This document shows positions 39,981 to 50,044 of a stretch of 64,000 nt of DNA, one piece after another (position 1 is the first letter of the stretch; each line of letters begins with the position of its first letter). The stretch is from a virus (lineage: Duplodnaviria > Caudoviricetes). The translations under genes were made by a program, and so were the position numbers. The stretch lies in the IMG/VR virus record IMGVR_UViG_3300028048_000045, positions 64,001 to 128,000 of that record, one strand, 5' to 3'. Below the pieces are notes generated by a model. The model saw only the letters and a program-made list of their open reading frames with translations, had not been told where the DNA came from and searched no databases.

Positions 39981-42031
39981 AAAAAAAGTGTTTCAGGCTC
40001 TACAGGCAATAAGCCAAGTTCTGCTCCACAAGATTCTTCAGGACATTGTTTTCCATCAATAAGGTGACGAATACCAGAAATATTCATAATTGAATTCAAA
40101 CGAGGATCGTCCATAAGTGTATTATAATCTTCTGGAGAAAGATTATAAACAGAATCAATAATACCGTCAAGATCAGTGAATCTAATGTATGAAACTTTTG
40201 TAGCATTAGACTGATCATCAACGATATGTGGAACCATGAGAGATTTGAGATAAATATATTTTCTCAATTCAATCATATAATCTGGTAAACCAAATGTTGA
40301 ATCGATTGATACGACCTGTTCTGTATCTTCATCAACATATTCAAGAGGTTTATCTCTGAATTTTTCAATAATTTCTGCAAGAGCAGCATAAGCCTGTTCA
40401 ACATAAGGAACCTGAAGTTCGTAAATGAAAGAAGAAATAGGAAGTTTCTGCTGAATACGATAAATCTTATTAGCAGATTCTACAACTTTTTCTTTCTGGA
40501 ATTCTTCATATACTTCAGCAGTTGAAGAACCGCTGATAGCTCCCTTATTAATATATTTAGCAAGCTTATCATATTCAATGTGTTTATTGAGTAAGAAACA
40601 AAGATCTTTAGAACCTACTGAAAGATCGTGTGTTGCTCCACAAGTAGCACATGTTAAACCAATAGTTGTTGGTTTCTGGAATGTAGCAGCATAAGCAGCA
40701 AAGAATAACTGTTGGAAATCTGGGAATTTGATAATTTCACCAAACAATTTATGTTTAGAAGGTTTATTTTCAAAACCAGATACAGAATAAATATGCTTAT
40801 AGAAGATATCCATCTGTTTTTCACGCTTTTCCAAGAAAAGAAGGTTTTTATTATAAATGTAATCATCTGAAGAAGGATCGAGTTCATCTACCTTTTCATC
40901 GATCTTACAAATATCTTTGATATCAACCCATTGGAAAGCAGTCATTGTAATAACTACACCAGATACAACAAATGGTACAACTGAATAACTAGGTTGTAGT
41001 GTTGGAAGTACTGTAGTCATATAAATATTCTGCTGTTCTTTCTGTGTTTTCTTAGAAATATCAGTAGCTGTAATAGAATTTGTATCTTCAAGTTTAATGT
41101 TTCTAAGAACTTTAGCTACCTTAGCTGTACGAAGTTTGAAAGCTGTTTGTACACCATCACCACCAAAATAATTATGTTCACGTGGTTCTTCAGCAGCAGC
41201 TTTTTCAATAGCAGCTTCTACTTTTTCTTTTGTATCTTCAGAAGAATCGTCAACAATTTCAACTTCTTTATTATCGGAATTATCAACTTCTTCAGAATCT
41301 TCATAGTTATTATTGAATGTATCGATTACTTTTTCAGGTGTAAGTTCATCATCATCGATTTCACCAAGACGAGCTTCATTAGCTTTTCTGATTTCAATGT
41401 TTTCTTCACGAACACGCTGATCCATATCATCGGTGATTATTTCTTTTCCAAGCTGTGATTTTTCTTCTTCTTTTTCTTTAATAACTGCAGCTTCTGCAGC
41501 AGATACAACAGAAACTTCTTTTTCAACTTTAGGTTTAGAAACAACCTGTGGTTCAGGTTCTTTAATTTCCTCTTTAGGAGGTTCTTCTTCCTTAATTTCT
41601 TTTTCTTCAACAACTGGTTCGTTTTTAACTACAGTAGTTTCTTTTTGAATTGATGGTTGTTCCACATCCCAAGGAGCATCGTCATCAGGAGTGTCATCAA
41701 CAGGACGTTTAGCTGTAATTTCGAGAGTAATATTTTTTATTTCAGGTTCAGCATTTGTAATTTTAGCATCTTTACTAAGATTATGTAATGCTTCTGAAGT
41801 AACAGGTGAAGCTTGTAATTCATCGATAGTTACACGTGGATAATCTTCTTTTTCTTCACTGACTACATCTTTAGATTCTTCCTTAGATTTAATCATCATT
41901 TCCATTTGAAGATTTTCGCGTTCGATATCAGCTTCGGATTTTGTAGGAATTGCTTCTTTAGGTACACTAGAAGCTTCCATCTTCTCAATGAAGTCTTTTT
42001 CAGTCTTCATTTCTTCAGATATCTTATCCAT
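39959..42031 (-). CDS. Tail/baseplate-hub assembly chaperone (T4 gp26-like C-terminal domain) with a long acidic N-terminus
   Basis: CATC and CPEESC Zn-ligand pairs; ends in ..PETLFF at a slippery site, as tail assembly chaperones do; aaggag RBS. Confidence 0.6.
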   Translation of the reverse strand: MDKISEEMKTEKDFIEKMEASSVPKEAIPTKSEADIERENLQMEMMIKSKEESKDVVSEEKEDYPRVTIDELQASPVTSEALHNLSKDAKITNAEPEIKNITLEITAKRPVDDTPDDDAPWDVEQPSIQKETTVVKNEPVVEEKEIKEEEPPKEEIKEPEPQVVSKPKVEKEVSVVSAAEAAVIKEKEEEKSQLGKEIITDDMDQRVREENIEIRKANEARLGEIDDDELTPEKVIDTFNNNYEDSEEVDNSDNKEVEIVDDSSEDTKEKVEAAIEKAAAEEPREHNYFGGDGVQTAFKLRTAKVAKVLRNIKLEDTNSITATDISKKTQKEQQNIYMTTVLPTLQPSYSVVPFVVSGVVITMTAFQWVDIKDICKIDEKVDELDPSSDDYIYNKNLLFLEKREKQMDIFYKHIYSVSGFENKPSKHKLFGEIIKFPDFQQLFFAAYAATFQKPTTIGLTCATCGATHDLSVGSKDLCFLLNKHIEYDKLAKYINKGAISGSSTAEVYEEFQKEKVVESANKIYRIQQKLPISSFIYELQVPYVEQAYAALAEIIEKFRDKPLEYVDEDTEQVVSIDSTFGLPDYMIELRKYIYLKSLMVPHIVDDQSNATKVSYIRFTDLDGIIDSVYNLSPEDYNTLMDDPRLNSIMNISGIRHLIDGKQCPEESCGAELGLLPVEPETLFFMIARRN

Positions 42032-42111
42032 AGGATTATATTTCTCCTTATAAAAAAAGAAACTAGTTTGTAATTAACTAGTTTCTTTTCCATATTTTTT
42101 ATAAAATATTA

Positions 42112-42846
42112 TTAAAATGGTGAATCAGCAAATTCTTCTTCACCACCATAATTTGAAGAATTGTTATAACCACCAGATCTATTACCAGCACTGTGGAAGT
42201 TTTTGAAACAAGCGCTGATATATTTGGTGATTGTGCTAACAGCAGCATCCTGCATACGATAAATCATAGGAACCAGAGGATCCTGCAATTCTTTGTATGT
42301 TGTTACAAATTCATATGCTTCGATATCTGCATAATCAATCTTGAAATCGAGACTTGTCGAAGCTTCAATTTCACCTGATGGAACACGTGAATTAAATACA
42401 ACTTCAATAGAATCATTCTTTTCAAGATCATGATATGAAAGACGAAGTCTTGGAATACCGTCATACATTTCTGTATCAATCATGAGATATCCTGTTGGAA
42501 CTTCCTGTCCATCACGATAAGCTGATGTAGGAATCTTGTAAACTTCGTCAGACTGATAATTCTTACCAGCAGCATAAGCTTCACGACGTCTTCCCATAAT
42601 ACCTTCAAGAAGGCGAGCAGCATCATAAGCTTTTGCAGGTGAAAGATAACATGTGAGATCAAGTATATTTTCGGAAGTGATTCCACGTTTAAAACGAAGA
42701 GTCAATTTTCCATCATGATACATGATATTTACGAAAGCATAAGCTTTTCCATCGGCAGGTTTCTTGTAGCTGAAAAATGTCTTAGACATCTGAGCATACA
42801 AATGATATACCTGATTTGATTTATTTTCATTAGATTCAACTGCCAT
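42112..42846 (-). CDS. Putative single-stranded DNA-binding protein
   Basis: G/N/S-rich linker and acidic tail EEEFADSPF; high-expression codons; aaggag RBS. Confidence 0.5.
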   Translation of the reverse strand: MAVESNENKSNQVYHLYAQMSKTFFSYKKPADGKAYAFVNIMYHDGKLTLRFKRGITSENILDLTCYLSPAKAYDAARLLEGIMGRRREAYAAGKNYQSDEVYKIPTSAYRDGQEVPTGYLMIDTEMYDGIPRLRLSYHDLEKNDSIEVVFNSRVPSGEIEASTSLDFKIDYADIEAYEFVTTYKELQDPLVPMIYRMQDAAVSTITKYISACFKNFHSAGNRSGGYNNSSNYGGEEEFADSPF

Positions 42847-42860
42847 ATAAGTTTTACTCC

Positions 42861-43028
42861 TTAACCCATTGACTGAGCTGGGTCACGCTGCTGATTTTCT
42901 GTGGAATTTTCCATAGATTTTTCCAAACGAGGTTCGTTAAGTCGACCATCCATTTGGTCACGAAGACTTTCATTACCACGGGCATGTTCTTCGTATTCTT
43001 TCATCTTATCTGAATTTGAATCGCACAT
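42861..43028 (-). CDS. 55-aa hydrophilic protein missing from the ORF track
   Basis: MCDSNSDKMKEYEEHARGNE...DPAQSMG*; aaggag RBS; fills the gap between 43047 and 42846. Confidence 0.65.
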   Translation of the reverse strand: MCDSNSDKMKEYEEHARGNESLRDQMDGRLNEPRLEKSMENSTENQQRDPAQSMG

Positions 43029-43046
43029 AATTAAACTCCTTTAATA

Positions 43047-43412
43047 TTATGCTTCTTTTTTATCTTCTGTCTTTTCAGCAGCTCTAATAGCAGCAATCTG
43101 AACTTCTTCACGATATCTCAAATCGAGAATATTCATAAGTGTTCCGAGAGCAGCATCAATATTTCCCATAGCACAAAGCTGTGTAGAAATGAGTGTGCGC
43201 TGTTCATATGTGTAATCTGACTGACCAGTTTTATCAATTTTTTCATTATCTGTAGTGAGTTTCTTATTCAAATTTTCTGTGATATTAAGAAACTTCTTAT
43301 AATCGTCAGATTTGATAATGTTACGGATTTTTGTTCCAAGAGTTTCAAGTTCTTTGAGTGTATCATCACTTGAAAGTGAATCTACAACAGACTTTTCTTT
43401 AGTTTCAGCCAT
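43047..43412 (-). CDS. Hypothetical helical protein
   Basis: Start probably MAETKEK at 43412 (aaggagg RBS). Confidence 0.55.
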   Translation of the reverse strand: MAETKEKSVVDSLSSDDTLKELETLGTKIRNIIKSDDYKKFLNITENLNKKLTTDNEKIDKTGQSDYTYEQRTLISTQLCAMGNIDAALGTLMNILDLRYREEVQIAAIRAAEKTEDKKEA

Positions 43413-43462
43413 ATTAGGCCTCCTTTCTTTATTATAAATATATAAATTTATCGTTCTAAATA

Positions 43463-43879
43463 TCAAATTTTAATATCAGATATCTGAATTTCTTTAAATT
43501 TGATATTAAATTCATCAGCAAAATACTTTGCCTGTTCTATAATATAATCAAGATATTCCATTTCGAAATATTCTTGTTTAAACACTGGTTTTATTTTTAG
43601 AGAACGCATTCTCCATTTAACTAATGTTTCAACTTGTTTAGGATTATTACATCTATATAAGTGAAACAAATCGATAAAATAACCGACTGTTTCACTATTA
43701 TTGTACTGCTTGAATCTTTTTAAAGCATTTGAAGTTATACCGAACTTAACTATATCTCTACCTTTAAATTTTACTTTAATAATGTAGAAATATTTTAATG
43801 TTTTAGATTCAACTGGAATTATTCTTTTTCTTCCAGGTTTCTTTTTAACTACTTCTGTTCCAAGAGATTTCTTTGCCAT
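43463..43879 (-). CDS. GIY-YIG superfamily T5orf172/MUG113-like protein
   Basis: YFYII..IVKFGIT...KRFKQYN...VE...EYF pattern. Confidence 0.7.
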   Translation of the reverse strand: MAKKSLGTEVVKKKPGRKRIIPVESKTLKYFYIIKVKFKGRDIVKFGITSNALKRFKQYNNSETVGYFIDLFHLYRCNNPKQVETLVKWRMRSLKIKPVFKQEYFEMEYLDYIIEQAKYFADEFNIKFKEIQISDIKI

Positions 43880-45138
43880 AGTTTATCATCCATGGACAAA
43901 CGAGCTCTATCCGAATTCGAACTTTCAATTTGAGCTAATACTGTATTTGTAGCATTTGTAATAACATCAATCATGTTTTTGATATCTTTATTACTACAAC
44001 CAAGATTTAACATAGCTTCTCTTTCAACGGTTTCAATCATATCATATTTAGCTATATCTCCACTAAGTTCAACATTATTCATAATGTCTTCTGTATCAAT
44101 AGAGAATTCATTATAAAGATGATAGATTGGTTTTGTTATTCGAATTTCTCGTTCATTTCCTCCTTCTTTATATAAATAATCTAGAATTGCAAATTTTGTA
44201 TCGAATGAATAGACTAAATAGAAATCTTCATCAATTTTAGCATTTATAATTTCTGCTTGTTTTTCACAAATACATAAAATTTCTTCAATGAAATCATGTT
44301 TTACATCATCGTTAAACTTAGCAAAGAAACCACATTTGGTAACATTGAATTCAAGATGTTTATTCGCCTTTTTCATTACAATTTCAATTTTTTCCAAACC
44401 AATATAAAGAAGTTTTTGAAATACATCATTTATAAAATCGTTTAAAGCTCTTGTCCTGTTGTTAATATATATCCCTGTTTTCACTTCATTATTTATAAAA
44501 TTTTCAACAGAAGTCGAGCCATATGTATTACAGAATATTGTAGTTCTATTATCGACAAATTCATTAATATTTCCGCTTCGTTGTTTCTGCATATCCAATC
44601 GAGCGTCAATACTATTATAGAATTTAGGATTGAATGAATTGTTATAAATCTGATCTTTAAATTTAGGAAACTCACCTTTGTTATCGGCAAAGTTTATAAT
44701 ACCACAAGAACCTGAAACTGACAAATCACACATTGATAGACCCAGGTCAACATAGCTATTTTGACGACGAACTATATGACCTGTTTGAAATGCATATGTA
44801 GGTCTAATATATGCAATTTCTATAAAAGGTTCTATATTTTTAACAATAGCTTCCATATTTAAATCTTTAGGAAACTCAACATCACAGAAATAAACAGTTT
44901 TATTAAACATTCTAGAATCTCTATCAATATCAACTACAGAATAGTTTGTTATCAACGCTGCTATTTCTTGAACCTTTCTATCAGGTATCCCATTAATTCT
45001 TTCTATTTCTTTTATGAATAATTGAATAGTTCTTTTATAATCAATAAATCCTAATTCTTTTAAGTTATTTGATGGTTTAGTCTCTAACATATTTTCATTG
45101 AGTCTAATTCGATCAATAACTATTTCTCGCATATTCAT
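43849..45138 (-). CDS. Hypothetical early protein
   Basis: About 430 aa; gaggt RBS before the ATG at 45138; TATATTAC motif at 45168. Confidence 0.5.
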   Translation of the reverse strand: MNMREIVIDRIRLNENMLETKPSNNLKELGFIDYKRTIQLFIKEIERINGIPDRKVQEIAALITNYSVVDIDRDSRMFNKTVYFCDVEFPKDLNMEAIVKNIEPFIEIAYIRPTYAFQTGHIVRRQNSYVDLGLSMCDLSVSGSCGIINFADNKGEFPKFKDQIYNNSFNPKFYNSIDARLDMQKQRSGNINEFVDNRTTIFCNTYGSTSVENFINNEVKTGIYINNRTRALNDFINDVFQKLLYIGLEKIEIVMKKANKHLEFNVTKCGFFAKFNDDVKHDFIEEILCICEKQAEIINAKIDEDFYLVYSFDTKFAILDYLYKEGGNEREIRITKPIYHLYNEFSIDTEDIMNNVELSGDIAKYDMIETVEREAMLNLGCSNKDIKNMIDVITNATNTVLAQIESSNSDRARLSMDDKLWQRNLLEQK

Positions 45139-45247
45139 AATATAATACCTCACTTTATTACATAGAAGTAATATATAAATAATAAAAAAATAAAATAATG
45201 TAAATTATAGGGAGTTATTACTCTCCCTATAATTTATTTACAAATAT

Positions 45248-46165
45248 TTATTTTCGTTTTGTAGAAACTGGTGTAGAAATCAGTGGAATTTCTTTAATTA
45301 CAACTTTATTAAACTGATGTTTAACATAATCGTAATTTTTATCCATAGCTTTCCTTTTGTTCTTATTATTGATATAAAGAATATATCTTACACCGAGATT
45401 AGCAGGAATCGGTTTAGATATGTAATCGTAATTATTAATAAACTCGACAAAAGCAAATCTTGAACTAATATTAAATTCCGAACCAACGTTCTTTTCTTTT
45501 CTAACATCAGTGTTTCTGTAAATCAGATGATGTATTTTAATTGAATATGGGATCTTTCCAGTTGTTTGTTTACAATTAGCAGCATAAGAATCGTATAGAT
45601 CTGCTATATTCATTACAAAAGCCCATTTCCTTTTTCCATTAGAAAGAATCTTTTTATAGAAAAATACATCTCTTGCTTTCGGATCTTTATTAAAGAATTT
45701 ACCATGATTAAAATTATGTTTAATAATTTTCTTAAGCATAATTTTGATATCTTTCTGCATATCTTTTTCCATAAAACAATAATCATATTTCTGACGGAAA
45801 ATTTCCAAAGCCCATGAATTTGTTTCGAAGAAATTTACAATAAGTTGTGTAGATTTTTTAGATAATCTATGATACCATTTCATGACTACAGGAATTTCGA
45901 TATACAAATTTTCAAAATAATCTGTAGCAATTATAGTATTAGCTTCTGGAAGTTTTTTACAAACTTTTCCATATATAGATGACATTTTCACTTTATACTT
46001 TTTATTTTCATTACTTACAGATTTTTTATTTGTCTGTTTAGAATAAGCTTGATATTGTTTACTATCAATCTTCTTAGAATGTTCTTTTCGGCTACGAGCC
46101 TTGCTTTTCGGATTAGAATACGATGACTTATCGGTTCGTCTTCCATTAGTTCTACTCATGTTCAT
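45248..46165 (-). CDS. Basic hypothetical protein
   Basis: 305 aa, K/R-rich N-terminus; gagg RBS just after the polymerase stop. Confidence 0.5.
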   Translation of the reverse strand: MNMSRTNGRRTDKSSYSNPKSKARSRKEHSKKIDSKQYQAYSKQTNKKSVSNENKKYKVKMSSIYGKVCKKLPEANTIIATDYFENLYIEIPVVMKWYHRLSKKSTQLIVNFFETNSWALEIFRQKYDYCFMEKDMQKDIKIMLKKIIKHNFNHGKFFNKDPKARDVFFYKKILSNGKRKWAFVMNIADLYDSYAANCKQTTGKIPYSIKIHHLIYRNTDVRKEKNVGSEFNISSRFAFVEFINNYDYISKPIPANLGVRYILYINNKNKRKAMDKNYDYVKHQFNKVVIKEIPLISTPVSTKRK

Positions 46166-46171
46166 TTCCTC

Positions 46172-48163
46172 CTAGAATCTTATGAGTGTACTTGTGCCCA
46201 TTTTCTTAGTACTACTTCCTTCTGCTTGATATCTAGCTGGAGATAACAACAATGAAGAATACAATGATGTAATAGGCTGTAAATGTTTTTGAATCATTGA
46301 ATCTGTACGGATAAATGGAATTACCCATTCTGGTAACTTCTTAGTATTACCATTTACTGGAATAGCAAATGCTTTCAGACCAAAACTAGAAAAATCCATA
46401 CCTAAAGAATTAACTCTAAATACATTTTTTCTAATCTTTTCTTTTATATCATTGAACTTAGGATCAATTCGTTCCAAATCTTCTTCATTCATGAGATTTG
46501 TATCAAACATGTATACAGCATCTCCAGGAACGATGTAATCATCAGGATACAAAAGATTCCAAATACAACTTGCTCTTGCAGCTATAGTTCTTACAGGATC
46601 TTTGATATTGTTAATACCATTGTATCTTGTAAAAATACCAAAAGTTTTATCTCCTTCTTGAATAGATTTATCAATATGATCTTCAATCTCATGGACACCA
46701 TGTAGAATGTTTACAGGATCATACTTATTGGCTCTTAGAACCATATTCTGAAGAAGATCAATGATATGTGTAGACACATATTCATTGAGACCAGATGAAC
46801 CTAAAGAACGTCCAGTAATAGCTAACTGTGCTTCTTCAGGAATCATTTTTCCTTCCTGAATAGTCTGAATTCCTATATAATTTTTCTTTACAGGGAATAA
46901 CAGAATAATTGGGAAGAAGAATTCATTTTTCATATACATAAAGAATCTGTCTTCAGGATGGAATGAATTACAACATTCTACATAATTATGGCAGCACTCA
47001 TCGAGAAGTGTAGTAACCAAAGATACGAATATCATCGTCATTCTAATCTGTACATTCATATCATCCATAAGATTTTCTTTTCCATATATTTTCAATGTAT
47101 TCAAAACTATTTCATAAAGTGACGGCATTGTTGAATCTGTATCTCCAACAACACAACACTTTCTTTTACGAGTCTTATACTTTTCAACACGATTATAATT
47201 AATAACAGTTGCGAAAGCAAAGATTTTCATATAATCTGTAAGTTGTTCCAGATCAGTTTTCATTCCTTCTGGAATTTCATAAGGATTGATAAATTCAATT
47301 CCATTTTCAATAAGTCTATCAACCAAATCGTAAACTTTCTTATTACGTCTGATTAATTCTACAGGATTGTTTGCATAATAAAAAGCTATGCGTTTCCAAT
47401 CTGGCATCATTTCAAACATTAAGAAAGATGATTGTGTAAATTTATTAAGACTCTTTCTGATTCCAACAACATCTTTAGTCATAAGAATGAAACGAGTTCT
47501 ACAATCTTCTGGAGTAGGAATATAATCAATAATTGAAAGTGCTTCTGGAGTAAATAATGATTCTTTGATTTTAAAAATCTGATTAATCCAAGTCATTACT
47601 TCATTTACATTTTCAAATGCAAAATTTCCAGCTAAAAATCTTTCAATTGTGAATACCTGTTCAGAAATAAAGTTACGAGCTTGTGCTGGAATGGATCCAC
47701 CCATATCAATATTTGAAATGAATGAAGATTGCATTGTTGAAGCCCCGTAAATTGAGTTAGTATTAGCTTTTACCTTATTCTGTTTATTATTATATTCGCG
47801 GAAATCATCCATATTACCTGCATTTTTAGCTTCAAGCATTTTCTTCTTAAATACAGCACGAGAATCCATCCAATCGGTAATAATGAAATAACTTGCAGGG
47901 TTCCAATTCTCTGTTAAAGTACCATTTGCAAGAATATTCAATTTATCTTTTTCAATTTCCAACGGAATTGTATTTGGATCCCTTTCAAGTTGCCATTCAT
48001 ATCTATACAGATTCCTACAATGAGCTACTAATTTCTTTCCGGCTGTTTTACGTTCGACAATGTCATTCACGTAATTTTTAAGCCATTCGGCATTGATTTT
48101 TCCATTATAGGTTGTTTTAAGAGTTTCAAACACTTTCTGTTTATACTCATCAAGTAAAGTCAT
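46172..48163 (-). CDS. Family B DNA polymerase, polymerase module of the split phiKZ-like type
   Basis: Motif B QNKVKANTNSIYG, motif C VGDTDS, and KKNYIG; no exonuclease domain in this ORF. Confidence 0.85.
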   Translation of the reverse strand: MTLLDEYKQKVFETLKTTYNGKINAEWLKNYVNDIVERKTAGKKLVAHCRNLYRYEWQLERDPNTIPLEIEKDKLNILANGTLTENWNPASYFIITDWMDSRAVFKKKMLEAKNAGNMDDFREYNNKQNKVKANTNSIYGASTMQSSFISNIDMGGSIPAQARNFISEQVFTIERFLAGNFAFENVNEVMTWINQIFKIKESLFTPEALSIIDYIPTPEDCRTRFILMTKDVVGIRKSLNKFTQSSFLMFEMMPDWKRIAFYYANNPVELIRRNKKVYDLVDRLIENGIEFINPYEIPEGMKTDLEQLTDYMKIFAFATVINYNRVEKYKTRKRKCCVVGDTDSTMPSLYEIVLNTLKIYGKENLMDDMNVQIRMTMIFVSLVTTLLDECCHNYVECCNSFHPEDRFFMYMKNEFFFPIILLFPVKKNYIGIQTIQEGKMIPEEAQLAITGRSLGSSGLNEYVSTHIIDLLQNMVLRANKYDPVNILHGVHEIEDHIDKSIQEGDKTFGIFTRYNGINNIKDPVRTIAARASCIWNLLYPDDYIVPGDAVYMFDTNLMNEEDLERIDPKFNDIKEKIRKNVFRVNSLGMDFSSFGLKAFAIPVNGNTKKLPEWVIPFIRTDSMIQKHLQPITSLYSSLLLSPARYQAEGSSTKKMGTSTLIRF

Positions 48164-48267
48164 TTAAATTCTCCTATTATATTACACAATATTGTTTTCT
48201 AGTATTTAAATATATAAATAAAAAAAAAGAAAGCTATTAATTAAAATAGCCTTCTTTTTCATGTAGT

Positions 48268-48654
48268 TTAGAAATTACTACTAGATGTTTGATCTGGAAG
48301 AACTTTATCCAATATAACTTCTCCACCATAAATAATTCTATCCCAAGCAAGTTGGGATTTTTGAACATTTAAACGTTCCAATTCAAGTTCTTGCTGCCGT
48401 ATCTGTTCACGTTCTTCGAATTCCGCTTTTCGAGCAGCTTCTCTTTCAGCAATGTGAACTTTTTCAGTTTCCAATCGACTTTTGTTCTGTTCTTTAATTT
48501 GTTCAATAAGATTATTAGCTATAGCTTCTCTAGCTTTGTTTTGTTGTTCTAATAAAGCTTTAAAACTTTCAGGATTAGTTTTAGCTAATTCTAATTCCTC
48601 GGGTTCAAGTTTCATTTGAAAACTATTTGTTTTTCGATCGAAAATAAATTTCAT
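48268..48654 (-). CDS. Coiled-coil early protein, paralog of 54072..54359
   Basis: EELELAKTNPESF vs EELELAKANPEAF; shared leader. Confidence 0.6.
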   Translation of the reverse strand: MKFIFDRKTNSFQMKLEPEELELAKTNPESFKALLEQQNKAREAIANNLIEQIKEQNKSRLETEKVHIAEREAARKAEFEEREQIRQQELELERLNVQKSQLAWDRIIYGGEVILDKVLPDQTSSSNF

Positions 48655-48762
48655 ACAAAATTTCTCCTTATAATTATTATAATATTTAAGAACTCATGCG
48701 AATTCTTTACATTATAATAATATATAAATAAAAAAGAGAGGATTTATATCCTCTCTTTATCT

Positions 48763-49554
48763 TTAAAGATTTTCTGATAAAAACTTTTCGAAGTTTGATT
48801 CTCTAGCAGAATCTTCTTCTTTATTTTCATCAGAATCTAATTTTATAAATCGCTTAGCAATTATTTTTAAGCAATCTAATTTTTCTTTATCGAAGCCATT
48901 ACAAATAACTTCAATATTTTCTCTTCCGTAAAGCATCATTCCACAATTTGCGATGTGCTTTAATCGGAAGCCTTCATCACCAACCAAATATTGACGATCG
49001 TTATATTCATTCAGATCGATACTATTTGATTTTTTAAGAAAGTTAAATCCTTCATTATCCGCAACAATTTCCCTTTCTATATCTCTTTTAATATCATCCG
49101 GTAAAGGATTAGACGGATGATCTAACAAACAGTGGCCTATTTCGTGTGAAAATGATAACCACGTGATCCTATCTGAAAGATGATCATAAGCATCACTATT
49201 CAATGATATTACATAATCATAACTTTCAGTTCCGTAATTATAAATACGAAACGCCATTGCACCTGTTGTCTGATACAATGATGCGAAGTATTTAAAATTT
49301 TTCCTATCTGTTGAATTGAAGAATGCTTCTCTCCAACTACAATAGGAATATTTGATTCTATGACCATCATTTGATACACATTCTGTATCATCTGATAGCA
49401 TAGCCAGGTTCTGATAGAAAGTATTTTTAACTTTTCCTTTAAAAAGTTTTCTATCATTTTTCTTAATCATCTTGACACATTTTTTATTCTGTGCCAAGAA
49501 ATCGTAGAATATTTTAAAAGCATGTTTAGTGCTTTTAATTTCTTCGTTTTCCAT
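48763..49554 (-). CDS. Putative zincin metallopeptidase (ImmA/IrrE-like motif)
   Basis: FSHEIGHCLLDH...REIVAD; start probably the ATG at 49554 (gaggtgg RBS). Confidence 0.6.
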   Translation of the reverse strand: MENEEIKSTKHAFKIFYDFLAQNKKCVKMIKKNDRKLFKGKVKNTFYQNLAMLSDDTECVSNDGHRIKYSYCSWREAFFNSTDRKNFKYFASLYQTTGAMAFRIYNYGTESYDYVISLNSDAYDHLSDRITWLSFSHEIGHCLLDHPSNPLPDDIKRDIEREIVADNEGFNFLKKSNSIDLNEYNDRQYLVGDEGFRLKHIANCGMMLYGRENIEVICNGFDKEKLDCLKIIAKRFIKLDSDENKEEDSARESNFEKFLSENL

Positions 49555-49644
49555 ATTTACCACCTCATTATTATAATATACAAAATAACTAATTAATTTA
49601 CAAAAAAAAGAGAGGGATTTGTTCCCTCTCTTTTTAACATGTAT

Positions 49645-49971
49645 TCAGACCACAATGTACACCTGACTTGCCATATGATATACTCTATTACATTGTATAG
49701 TAATAGCATTGATATTTTCATATTTATGATATTTACTATTATAATGGTTTATAATCTTCGGTTGAATAGTTGCTTTTGTTCTCACAAAGTTTACAACGTA
49801 GTAAATATCACCGGTTTTCAGTTTTACAATTTTAAACATCAAGTTTTTTCCAGAATTTTTCATACGATATAATTCTGGATAATGATCTAAATAACCAATT
49901 TCGTTCAGAATAAATGCACCAGAACCATCTGGAACACATTCTAATTCTTCTTTAAGTAATTTTATTTCCAT
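49645..49971 (-). CDS. Hypothetical early protein
   Basis: 108 aa; gaggag RBS; early motif at 49996. Confidence 0.55.
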   Translation of the reverse strand: MEIKLLKEELECVPDGSGAFILNEIGYLDHYPELYRMKNSGKNLMFKIVKLKTGDIYYVVNFVRTKATIQPKIINHYNSKYHKYENINAITIQCNRVYHMASQVYIVV

Positions 49972-50044
49972 AAACTTATTTATCTCCTCATTTTTATAAT
50001 ATATAAATAAAACTAGGGAATATTTTTTCCCTAGTTCTAATTAT

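Noticed and set aside
45960-46000. KVKMSSIYGK in 45248..46165 resembles PolB motif B, next to the polymerase gene
   Set aside because: It lacks the conserved Asn and any other polymerase motif, so it is probably chance or at most a relic.
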